A stretch of DNA of 64,000 bases, from assembly GCA_036630325.1 (NCBI GenBank), contig CP142737.1, forward strand, positions 558,001-622,000, in the 5' to 3' direction. This document shows positions 11,690-23,185 of the stretch, in pieces. Origin of the DNA: Vairimorpha necatrix. Lineage: Eukaryota. A model generated the notes under the pieces. The model saw only the letters and a program-made list of their open reading frames with translations, was not told the DNA's origin and searched no databases. The translations under genes and the position numbers were made by a program. Each line of letters begins with the position of its first letter. Positions within the stretch are counted from its first letter, which is position 1.

Positions 11690-13140
11690 ACCAAAAAGAT
11701 GGATAAAGAGTAAAGGAACATGGTCAGCCTCGAGATCAATGTCAACAACCCAAAGCCAATTATTATTAAACAATTTGAGATTATAAGTGATATCGAGAAA
11801 ACCAATATGCTATAATGGTTTAGAAATTCGAAGAGCTGTGTAATAAATTGGAATTGGACGAGTAAAAGATTCTCCTAGTACTACATTTAATTGAGGATAA
11901 ATAATGGAAAGGAAGAGGTAGTACTAAAAAAATTATAAAAAATAAAAAGAAAATATAAGTCTCGTATACCCTAATCACTTATTCAACTTTGGGGATTAAA
12001 TTGCTAAATATTAAACAAGAGAAATATGTTTTGATGATAGAGATGTTTGTCGATATCTATGCCAAGCTTGAAGGGGCAGACTTTTTAGAAAAATATACCA
12101 AGAATGAGTATGTGCGAAGATTTACTTCAATTCGTTTGAATGCCTTCTTTGACGCTACAAAGGTTATGTGATGAAATCAAGTACCAATAATGTCAAGGAT
12201 ATTATAGACATATTTGTAAACTTAGAGAAAGAATTGGCAGTCAAAACTTGGAATGACTTAGAGTTATCTAGAAATGCCAAAGTCGAAGTGAATAAACCAA
12301 AAAAGAGAAAGAGAGGAATCTATGGTGTAGCTTGCACAGATCAGGGACTCATAACACCAATGAGTGTTACAGTAAAAATAAAAGAATTGTTAATAAGAAT
12401 AATAAGTTTAAAGCAGATGATTTAAAAACAAATAAAGATCGTAAGTTTTTTCATTGTAAGGTAGTTTTAAAGGAAAAGTCCGAATGTTTAACAGTAAAAC
12501 TTTCAGTATCAATTAATGATCACACTGTAATCGCTATTTTAGATACAGGATGTATCAAAAATCTAATGGGTTTAGAATAGGAGAAAATTGGGGATCATAG
12601 CAAGAAAAGACAGAGAAGTTGGATTTATAATTGACAACGATTATCAGGAAAAATCAGATTAGAAAATAGAAGAAAAAATAAGTATAAAGATTTAAATATA
12701 AACAATGACGTAAGATCACACGTGATAAAAAATTATTGCCAGGTACAATCTTAGGAGTAGAGTTCTTTAGTGTGAATCAAATTATTCTAAATTTTAAAAC
12801 TTAAACAATACCTCATTATAAGAATATTATTAACAAAGTCAACGGATTACCTTAACCATTCGAAGAAAACAAAAATTTATTGATGCTGGCGAGAAGTAAA
12901 AAAATTATTTTTTATAATTCCAATTTAGAATAAATATGTTTTTTGTAAAGAATATAAAAAACGAGATAAACAAAGACTATTTATTCTGAAATTAGAAGAG
13001 CAGGGGCTCTGAGTATTTTGGGGAACTGACCAATGAGGAGAACTTTGATCTTTTAATTAGCAGGCTTAACTCACATATTTTAGATTGGGATTATAGGACT
13101 TTCAAAGATAAAAGGAACGCTGCTTTGACGTATGAAATCA
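11690..13140 (+). pseudogene. Heavily decayed Ty3/gypsy gag-protease(-RT) region
   Basis: ...GGAACA-TGGTCAGCC (LTR end plus PBS-like), HNTNECY knuckle remnant, and protease motif IAILDTGC. Confidence 0.55.
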
Positions 13141-13439
13141 CGAAAAATGAAGTGTACTAAGAATCTGCGGATGTGAGGTACCACAGTACCCCCCTCTGAG
13201 GGTGTTTACTTTATTTTTTCGAACCCCAAAAACGAAGTGCAAAAAAGGAGGAGCAGGAAGGGGACAAAAATTACTAGAACTTTATGATAGTAAAAATACA
13301 TAATAAAATAATAAAATGACTCAAAATTGAATTTCGAACGAAATTTTGTTTCTAAATCTATGATATAAAAAATTAAAATTTATACAAATTTATTTACTTT
13401 ATCCTAGTTTTTATTTAATAGCGCTTAAAAATGACAGAT

Positions 13440-14566
13440 CTCTATAAGGATGTCGAGAAAATAATGGAAAAAATGATTTTAAGTACACAAGAAGGCAGAT
13501 TTTGTCCATTATGTCTTGGAAATGTACATCGACGTTTGGGAATACAAAATCAAATGCGTTGTACCGCAAGAGGATGTCGAAAAGAAGGTACATGACCGTT
13601 TGGAACCCGCTTTGGAAAATAAACCCGCATTGAAATTTTAAAGGACCCCCTTTAAAAAAATGGCAACATTGGCAAAAACAATGTTTGTTGAGGCAGATGT
13701 GGTTTTTAGTGATGAAATGTATTTATAATGGAATATAAAGAAAAGTTTATTTTGAAACATTTGATGCTGAATCGGCGTGCGCCTTGCTCGTTTCTGTAAC
13801 TAGTATAAATACTGCTTTTTCCTTGAGGTAATACAAGAAATGTATAACCTGTTTCTATTATGATCTCTAATCAATGGGTAGCATATTTTGCCACATTAGC
13901 TAAGCAAAGGGATGGAGCACAGTACTAAGAATCACTCCATAAATGCTGTAACCTCTAGCGATTCTGAGCCACAACACCATATAATTTAGTTGGTTTTGGC
14001 TCATTTCTATAAGAGATATTCGATCTTAACATAAACAAAGAAGAACACTATGAGTACCTTTTATAGTTTCACTGGGCTTTCCAAATTCCCAAAAATCACC
14101 GGATAAATTGTCTTCTGTCATTATTTAAAATAAATTGTTAAGTCCCTTTTTAATAAATTTTTTTATTTTTCCCTTTTTTTAAATTTTTTAATGCGGGTTC
14201 ATTTTCCCCAAGCGGGTTCCAAACGGTCATGTACCGAAAAGAATATATAACAACGAAAAGGAAGCCTTTTTTAATGCTAAATTGTCTTGGTCAAAAATAT
14301 GCCGAGCTCTATATCTATTGTTTGAAAATACAACTTTCAGAATGATAAAAAACCTACTTAATATCCACAAAAAACAATCTATAGAATTATCAGAAAAAGT
14401 AGTAAACATATAACTGGCAATAAAAAAGTAGGAGGTTCAGGTATAATTGTAGAGATAGTGAATCTAAATTCGGAAAGAGAATATACAACAAGGGCCACAA
14501 AGTTGACGGTGTGTGGGTAATTGGGATGGTGGAAAGAACGGCCGAAAGAAGTCTAGTGCTTCTAAA
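13440..14566 (+). mobile_element. Merlin fragment interrupted by 13587-14235 and truncated by 14567-15679
   Basis: CLGNVHR..MRCTARGCRK N-terminus, then VGGSGIIVEI / ESKFGKRIYNKGHKVDGVWVIGMVERT, ending abruptly at the next TIR. Confidence 0.75.
13587..14235 (+). mobile_element. Internally deleted non-autonomous Merlin (649 bp)
   Basis: TIR GGTACATGACCGTTTGGAACCCGCTT (26 bp perfect), 8-bp TSD GAAAAGAA on both sides, and decayed ISNQWVAY / KNHS remnants. Confidence 0.9.
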
Positions 14567-15679
14567 GGTGCATCTTTAGTAACGTGCCGGGATTTTGTTT
14601 TTTTAAAAAATATTTTTTTACCCCTAAAATGGACAACATCGATTTAGAAAACTCCGGCACGTTACTAAAGAAAAGCACAAAAATTAAACTTGTGAATATA
14701 CAAAGGCTTTTTTATAACGTTGACACTTGTTTAGAAGCTTTAATTGACTTAGAAGTGCTGAAGGAGCAAAAATCATGTTCCAAATGTGGATGTAACATGA
14801 GATTGGGTCCTGTCAAGGAAGAAATCGTTACAAGAGTAGCATATCGCTGTTCGAACTACAAATGCAGTGCGCGGTTGGCTGTGAATAAAGGCTGCAAGGT
14901 TCCTCTTCATACATTCTGTGACCTTGTATTTGGAATATTATGCAGATATTCTTACTTTCAGTTGATGGCAAGATTGGGCGTTTCAACAGCTACAATCTCT
15001 GCCGTAAAAAGCAGCCTCAGAAAGATCTATAAAGATTTGCTAAAGAATAGAATTATAATCGGAGGACCCGGGCAAGTCGTTCAAGTAGATGAGTCTGTTA
15101 TATGCAGAAGGGGTAAAATAAGATCTCCTACCTCTTCGGACGACTTTATAAGGGACACCGTTTGGATTTTGGGCATAATAGATGCTCAAAATCCTTCAAA
15201 CTTCTATATTACGAGGGTAGAGAATAGAACCATTGAGTGCCTTACTGCTGCTCTAGAGGGAAGAATTTGTGTAGGTTCGGTTTTACATAGCGATGGTCAT
15301 CCTAGTTATCCTGGGGTGGCAGAAAATTTATGTCTAAGTCATCAAGTTGTTAATCATTCTATAGGTTTTTTATCTCCTGATGGTATTCATACAAATAATA
15401 TTGAGAACGTATGGTCTCAACTTAAGTCTGAAATGACCAAAGAACATGGAGTAAAACGGTCGGAGATAGATACATGGCTCGATGAATTTATGTATAGGAA
15501 ATTTATGCTTCGAGAAGATGATATGGGAGACTTCTATAAGGGTTTTGTTGATCTTTTATCTAAACTACTGAATTAAATAAGCATTTTTATATCGTTTTCT
15601 TATTTTTTTCAAAATTTTGTTAAATTTTTGTCTGTAAGGGGGGGGGTGTTACCTTCCGGCACGTTACTAAAGATGCACC
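14567..15679 (+). mobile_element. Merlin DNA transposon, apparently intact
   Basis: 24-bp perfect TIR GGTGCATCTTTAGTAACGTGCCGG. The flanks do not match, so there is no TSD. Confidence 0.93.
14629..15576 (+). CDS. Merlin / ISXO2-like DDE transposase (~315 aa)
   Basis: CCCCTAAA-ATG start, CxxC..C..C N-terminus, and the DDE motifs VQVDES, LHSDGHPSY and HTNNIENVW. Confidence 0.92.
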   Translation: MDNIDLENSGTLLKKSTKIKLVNIQRLFYNVDTCLEALIDLEVLKEQKSCSKCGCNMRLGPVKEEIVTRVAYRCSNYKCSARLAVNKGCKVPLHTFCDLVFGILCRYSYFQLMARLGVSTATISAVKSSLRKIYKDLLKNRIIIGGPGQVVQVDESVICRRGKIRSPTSSDDFIRDTVWILGIIDAQNPSNFYITRVENRTIECLTAALEGRICVGSVLHSDGHPSYPGVAENLCLSHQVVNHSIGFLSPDGIHTNNIENVWSQLKSEMTKEHGVKRSEIDTWLDEFMYRKFMLREDDMGDFYKGFVDLLSKLLN

Positions 15680-15933
15680 GTTATTCCGATTCTCATTCCT
15701 CCTAATTATAAAGAGCAGGGGTCGGCAACGAAGCGCCGCGGCCCAGGTGCGCCCGTTTTCATCTTCACATTGAAAAGAAATTTTAAAAATTTAATATTTC
15801 ATTTTTTAAAATAAATTTGGTCAATTACATTTATAATGCTAAATATCGGGAGTACATTATAAGGAGTTGATGTAATTTTCGTTAAGAAAAAAGACCTTTC
15901 AACAAAAATTTTCTTACATATGATGATTATAAC

Positions 15934-18900
15934 TGTTGATTATAAATAATAAAATAAATAAACCCCTATTCAATGATAAATCCCTATCTAAACAACATGG
16001 TGGAGAATAATGATCAACCCAGTATAAACAGGAAAAATTTATCACAAGAATTGATGAGATATGAAATATTTAGATGGTTTAAAAAAATGGAATCATTGGA
16101 TAAAATTGAATATGTTTCAAGTAAAGCTAGTTACGAAATAATTGAATGGCATTCAACATTTATGGAACATACAAGAAGTTCCTCTATAACATATGACAAG
16201 TGGAAAGAAGCATTGTATAAAGAATTTAAAGAAGATGAAATTGAACTAGTGGATGTTTACCGCCTTTTTCAGAAAAAGGACCAAAATGCAAAAGATTTCA
16301 TTGATGAAGTTAAGAAGAAATCAAAAGTAGTAAAAATGGACTCAAAAGAATCTATGAAAATTATAATGCTCGGGCTAAGAAGAGAATTTCCAAATTTAAG
16401 AGCCTACATAACGAGCCGTTGTTCTTTTAATGATTTTGACTTTAAGCGAGTTCTAATGATGGAAAAAATTGATAAAGAATTGGGCGCTCCTTAAATTCAA
16501 AATCACAGGGGTTAAAAAAATTAAAAAATTCACGAACATGTATTGTAAACATTCTACAAAAAAATTACAAATGCCCTTATGATTTTGAATTTAAGGAAAG
16601 CGATTTTGTGAATTTTAATTTTTTACCCCCAATGCAAGTTAGAAATCTCTACAACATAATATTTGTTGAAGAAGAAGCAGCTATAGAGTACTTAAAGGCT
16701 TTAAACTTTTACAGAAATACTATAAAGTGTGACTGTGCTTGTTTTATGAACCAAGTAAAATCTAAAAACTACTTGGAAGGAATCTGCTTTTATTGTACAA
16801 ATAGCTTCAAAAAGCGAAAAAGCAATAAAAAGGGCACTTTTCTATAGAAATCCAGGATGATTACGCACATACAACTGAGAATGTTGTATTGCTGGGTGAT
16901 GAAAATGACCAACACAATGGTCTCAGTAACATGTGAGGTCTCCGAGTCCACCTACATTTCTTTTAAGGGCTTTATCCTAGAAAAAATAAAAAAATGAAAT
17001 AAATACATTTTTTGAAAGAATAGGTGGGCCAAGAATTACTATTCAAGTCGACGAGACAGCAATATGTAGAGGTCGTATAATAACAAATCCTACGACAGAA
17101 GAAGACGACATCCCTGGGACGACTTGGCTAGTCGGAGGTATAGAAAATGAAAGCAACAATTGCTTCTTAAAAATAGTTCCTAATAGGACTGCCCCTATAA
17201 TGCTAGATCTATTTAGTGAGTATGAAGTTTAAGGAACTACAATAAGAATTGATGGGGTTGCTTAGTACCGTTCTGCTGTTCGCGATTTCAAATCTGTTCA
17301 TGAAGTCGTTAATCATAGTGTTAGTTTTACTAATGACAATGGACAACATACTAACAAAATTGAGAATCTGTGGAGTCATTTAAAGACCGAATTGAGAACA
17401 AGAAGAGGAATAATCAAGGTAAACATGGAAGGTTTTATATACGAGTTTTAATTTAGATCTAAATATTTAAAAGAGAAGAATTCTGATACTTATGCAGAAA
17501 CTTTTAACAGAATACTCTTGTTAGAATAAATGTTTCTTGTTTTTAATTTTTTTAACCCCTGTGATTTTGAATTTAAGGAGCGCCAAGAATTGAACGATAA
17601 GATAAGGACTATTTTTCGAAAAGAAGAAAAAGGAAATAAGAAATCGGGTCGTAATGGTTTTAAGGAAGTTAGAAGTGATATAATTAAGCAGAAATACGAT
17701 AACAAAAAGCTGCTTCAAATAAATGAAGTCTTAGAAGACTCAGAAGAGATTATCAATAAAGAGAATTTAGTTTATATCGAAGACACAAAATTTTTAGTAG
17801 TATTTGATACAGGATCTAACTACAATTTTATTTCTGACACAGTTAGATTAAAAGCTGGTTTAAAAAGAAGAAAAACCATGTCAAATTGAAATTTAGAACC
17901 TGTCTTGAGGAAACCTTTGAAGTTAAGTATCATGTTTTATGTGACGTTTCTTATAAAAATACGAAATATCAGCTAAAATTTTTTATTTTACCAAAAGTAT
18001 CCAAAGAAAAAATTTTGATTGGAAAAGATGGAATTAAAGTAATGATAAACTCTAAGGATCAGTATGAATGTGAAATAAATACAAGAAAAGACGCTATAGT
18101 TGTAGAGAAAGTATTTAGCTTCCCGAAGAAATTTGAATCTGGAATGGAAGATACGATAAAAAATTTGATAAAAATGAATTATATAGGCCATCGAAGTCTA
18201 CATGGCTAAATAACATTCGCCCAGTAGTAAAACCAGATAACAGTATAAGAATAACACTTAATTTAGTTGCACTAAACAAATTGGTAGAATTAGACAAATA
18301 TAGCCTACCTAATATAGAACACTTGGTATTTAATCTGAGAGACAAAGAATTTTTTACAAAACTGGATTTTAAAGATGGTTTCTTTAACATTCCTCTAGCG
18401 AAAAAGGATCAACATAAAACTGCTTTTCGATTTAAGCATTTCTTGTATGAATGGAAAGTAATGCCAATGGGATTTAAGAGTGCCCCGGCCATATTTCAGA
18501 GATATATGGATCATGTTCTAAAATATGAAATAGGGAAGGCGTGTATCGTTTACGTAGATGACATCTTAATTTTCGGAGAAACAAGTGAGGAACACGATAG
18601 AAACTTATGCAGAGTAATAAAAATATTAAAGGACAACAATCTCAATATCATCGAAAAGAAAACAGTTTCAAAAGTTAATAAAATAAAATTTTTAGGATAC
18701 AATATCGAAAGAAATAAAATATCGGCCGAAAATCGAGAGAAGAAGCTATAAACGAATTTAAAAAACCAGAGAATAAGAAAAAACTTCAAGAATTTTTAGG
18801 AATGATAAATTACAATAGAAAATTTATTCGCAATTATGCAACGGGTGTGAGCCACTATACAATCTATTAAAGCAAGGAGTAGAATTCATATGGACAGAAA

Positions 18901-20376
18901 AACACCAAAACAGCTTCGAAAAAATTAAAGGAGCTATTAAGTAAACAAATAGAGCTACATCAGCCAAATTATAATCTGAATTTTATCCTGGAAACAGATG
19001 CTTCAAACACAGGTCTAGGTGCTATATTGTCCCAGGTCGACAAGGGAGTCAAGGTCCCAATCGCATTTGCTTCAAGAAGTCTAAATCCTCCCGAAAGAAA
19101 TTATTCAATAAGTGAAAAAGAATGCCTAGCTATGCTATGGGGAATGGAACATTTAAATACTATCTATATGGAAAGGAATTTACTGCTATTACAGATCATA
19201 AGGCCCTGGAAGCACTTAACAAAGGAGAAATTAAATCTGAGAATCCACAGATGGCTAGATTGATTTAGCAACTTTATATTTAAAGTGATTTATAGAAAAG
19301 GTGAAGAAATGTCACACGTGGACGCTCTTAGTAGGAGCTTTGAAGGAAAAGAAAATATTGTTAACGAAGTGAAGGAAAGTGAATCTATATCAGAACAAGA
19401 AAAAATTAAATTAATATTCGAAAAGCATAAAGAAATGCTACATAGAGGCGCAAAAACAATTATTTATAATTAGAAAACGAATATAAATGGCCTAATATCA
19501 AATCGCTAACCAAAAAGGCAATAGCTGACTGTACCATATGTAAGATGTATAATCCGAAGAAAAACAAAAAATTTATATTCGTAACAGCGTATTCTCCAGG
19601 CGAAAAGGTGGGAATAGACATTATAGGTTCTATAGACAAAAATTATATAATAACAGGATTAGATTACTACACCGGAAAGGGATTTGCTAGGTGTATTAAC
19701 GATAGGTCTGGACAAAAATAGCCCAATTTATAATGGAAATTAATAAAGAGTTACCAATAAAAACGCTTATTTTGGATAGCTCAAAAGAAAATTTAAGCAA
19801 CTGTGTTAAAAATGTTGCAAATACAAATGATATCAAGTTACACTACACGACACCATTCCATCATCAATCGAACGGAAGAGTGGAAAGGTTTAATAGAACT
19901 CTACAAGAGATGGTATATAAAAACGAAAGTGACAAGTTTTTAAAAACAAAAGTAAAGAAAGCTATTCTAATTTATAATAATTCTTATTACGTTGGGTTGG
20001 GATGTACACCAAACGAAGCCTTAGATAAAGAATATGCAGAAACGGTTAAAAAAACACAAATAACAATATATTAAATTATTCAAAAGCAACAAAGAAATTG
20101 CCCAAGTAAGAGGTCTTTACCGTTGGGAATACGGTCTTAATAAAGAACGAAAACATGACAAAGGGAACACCGAAGTATTGGAAAAGGGGGTGTGTCTTAA
20201 GTGAATTGAAGGAGATTCATATTTAATAAAAATTGGCACCAAGTCTTACAAAAGACATGCTTCGCAACTGAAAAGACTTGTGGACAAGGAGCTAATTCTA
20301 TAAGGAGAGGGATGTTGATTATAAATAATAAAATAAATAAACCCCTATTCAATGAAAAATCCTCATCTAAACAACA
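15934..20376 (+). mobile_element. Ty3/gypsy LTR retrotransposon with 64-bp LTRs, decayed gag-pro-RT-RH-IN
   Basis: LTRs at 15934-15997 and 20313-20376 with 3 differences, TSD ATAAC, PBS TGGTGGAGAAT (tRNA-Ala-like) and PPT AAGGAGAGGGA. Motifs VFDTGSNYNF, YVDD, TDAS and QSNGRVERF are present. Confidence 0.95.
16483..17584 (+). mobile_element. Merlin inserted in the gag of the 15934 element (transposase pseudogene)
   Basis: ~45-bp TIR GGCGCTCCTTAAATTCAAAATCACAGGGGTTAAAAAAATTAAAAA, TSD AAGAATTG, and motifs IQVDETAICRG and HTNKIENLW. The gag frame resumes after the insertion is removed. Confidence 0.93.
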
Positions 20377-21775
20377 ATAACAATAAAAATATTTATTATA
20401 AATATAAAGTTCTTTTTAAATTTATTTTGACAATAATTATGCCATAAAACATGCTAATTCAACATTCAATAAATTTTAAAAATTTATTACAAACAATTTT
20501 TGCCCCCTTAGGGAACCTTCAAAAAAAAAAAAAGAAATTATCAATTCAATAATTCATGGGAAGAGAATTTTTTCTTATTAAAATTTCATGGTAGGTGTAT
20601 TTATTTATTGTGCGACAAAAGCATTGCAATATGCAAAAAAGTAACTTTGAACGACACTTTAATGGTTTGCATGAAAATATAAATATTGAATACCCACTGA
20701 ATTCCGAACTGCGAAAAAGTAAGTTGATATCTTTAAAATCAGCAATTGTAAAACAGGAGAGATATTTTACAAAACCAAAGAGCTTTCAAAGACGTCCACT
20801 GCTAGCTTCAATAAAAGTTGCACATCTGTTAGCTAAGAAAAAAAACCCTTTACTGATGCAGAAATTATAAAAGAGGCTATGACAACAGCGGCGGATTCTG
20901 TTTTTGAAGATTTTGAAAACAAAACAGAAATTTTAAAAGCTATTAATATGTTGCAGTTATCAGCTAGAACTGCATCAAGAAGAATAGAATTAATTGCTAA
21001 TAATTTAGAATCAGAATTAGATAAAGACTTAAGAAATTGTATGTATTTCTCTTTTCAGCTTGATGAATCTATCGATGTAAGACACAGCACAACTAATTGT
21101 TTCTATAAAAATGGTATTTAATGATTTTTTCAACTAAAGAGGAATTTTTGAAATTTCTACCTTTAACTGCTCGTACAACGGGAACAGACATTTTTTCTAT
21201 ATTTAAAAAATTTATTGTCGATAAAAATATACCACTTCAAAAACTTTCTTCTATTACTACTGATGGTGCACGAGCAATGGTCGGAAAAGAAAGCGGATTT
21301 ATTGGTTTATGTAGAATAAATTCTTTGTTTTCAAAGTATATTTTATATCACTGTATAATTCATCAACAAGTTTTATTTTCAAAAAGTGTTAATTTTAATC
21401 ATATTTTATTAATTGTTACTAAAATTATAAATTCGATAAGAGCCAAAGCAACTCAACATAGACTGTTTAAGCTGCTTATGGAGGAAGAAAACGCAGATTT
21501 TTTAAATTTAGTTCTTCATACAGAAGTGAAATGGCTTAGCCGAGACAAAGTTCTTGAACGCTTTATTAGGCTTTTACCTCAAATAAAGGAATTTATTGCA
21601 ATGAGAAATGAAACTTATAAAGAATTAGAAAACAAAAATTGATTATTAGATCTTAAATTTTAAGCGGATATCACAATGAAATTTAACGAACTAAATTTAA
21701 AATTACAACAAAAGAATTCACAAATTTAGATATGATAAGCTTAATTAATTCTTTTGCAAATAAGTTAGAACTTTT

Positions 21776-22767
21776 GGATCAGGTACCCTACGTCCCCCGC
21801 CGGGGGACGTAGGGCACCTGTTTATTTTATGCGAAAAATACCCCCATTTTCATGCGTATAATGGATTTGGAAGAAATATTTAATGCAGATGAAAATTGTA
21901 TCTTACAATTTTTATTAGAATGGAAGCTCATTAAAGATGAAAAACCCTGTTTATATTGCTTATTTAATATGCGTGTCACAAAAAGTATTAAAAGTGCAGA
22001 TAAGTTTGAGTGGAGATGTTTTAATTATAAATGCGAACACTAAGAAACAACCTTGACAATACGATACAAGTCGTTGTTGTTCGCTTAAAAAAATATCAAA
22101 ACTATCTTAAAAGCTATTTATTTCTTTTCCAAAAATGAGAAAATTAAATAAAATTATGGACTATTCTGGGATCGGTAAAAAGCCGCTGATTAAAATACAG
22201 AAAATAATTCATGAAAGGTAAATAATGATTTTGTATAAATCCAATCAAACTTGGAGGTCCAAATGTTATCGTTCAAGTTGACGAAACAAAACTAAATTTT
22301 AATATAAAAAGTCATAGAGGTAGATCGGTTCCCCCTTGCTGGTGTGTATGTATTGTAGACACCTCTTTTAGGCCTGCATTGAGATTTGTAACAATTGTAG
22401 AATCTAGAGCTTCTGCTTCTTTAATTCCTATAATTTATAATGTAGTACGATCTGGCAGTATCATACATTCAGATGAGTTGAAGGCCTATTGTGCTTTAGT
22501 GCACTCCAATATATATGAACATAAAACGGTGTGTCATAAGTACAATTTTGTTGATCCTATTACGGGGGGAGGGTGCATACTCAACATGTGGAATCTTATA
22601 ACAATAAACTAAAAATGGAAATAAAATCTCGAAAGGGATTGACATTAGAACATTGAAGAGTCTTTTTGAATGAGTTTATGTTTAGGGAACGCATTATTGG
22701 AGATAAATTCTTATCTTTTATTAAATTATTAGGGTTTTTTTTACGGGGGACGTAGGGTACCTGATCC
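21776..22767 (+). mobile_element. Merlin (transposase pseudogene)
   Basis: 24-bp TIR GGATCAGGTACCCTACGTCCCCCG and motifs VQVDETKL, IHSDELKAY and HT. The two flanks belong to different elements. Confidence 0.9.
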
Positions 22768-23176
22768 AAATTTCTTCGGAGTCAATTTTTACTACTTCCG
22801 ACTTATTCGATAAATTACTTTGAGTTCTGATCCTTTTTTGGAAAAGGCGGTAAACATCTACTACTTCAATTTCTTCTTCCTTAAATTCGTTCAATAGTGC
22901 TTCCTTTCACTTGTCATATGTTAGAGAAGAACTTCTTGTCTGTTCCATAAACGTAGAGTGCCATTCGATTATCTCGTAACTGGCATTACACAGAACATAT
23001 TCAATTCTATCCAACGACTCTAATTTTTTTAACCATTTTAATATTTCGTATCTCAAAAGTTCTAGTGCAAGATTTTGTATGTTGATACTGAGTTGTCCAC
23101 AATTCTCCAACATGCTGTTCTTTTATGAATTTCTCATTGAATAGGGGTTTATTTATTTTATTATTTATAATCAACA
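22768..23176 (-). mobile_element. 5' LTR + gag fragment of a second copy of the 15934 family
   Basis: LTR 23113-23176 matches TGTTGATTATAAATAATAAAATAAATAAACCCCTATTCAATG. ELLRYEILKWLKK..ASYEIIEWHSTFME matches ORF 15973. Confidence 0.88.
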
Positions 23177-23185
23177 ATCATAAAA

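Larger units (their letters stand above)
15716..21775 (+). mobile_element. hAT transposon (Charlie/SPIN/GTF2IRD2-like), decayed, carrying a nested Ty3 element and 3'-truncated
   Basis: Left end CAGGGGTCGGCAAC. Transposase remnants at ~20510-21775 include SNFERHF, FSFQLDES, ITTDGARAMVG, YHCIIHQ and HTEVKWLSR. Confidence 0.82.
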
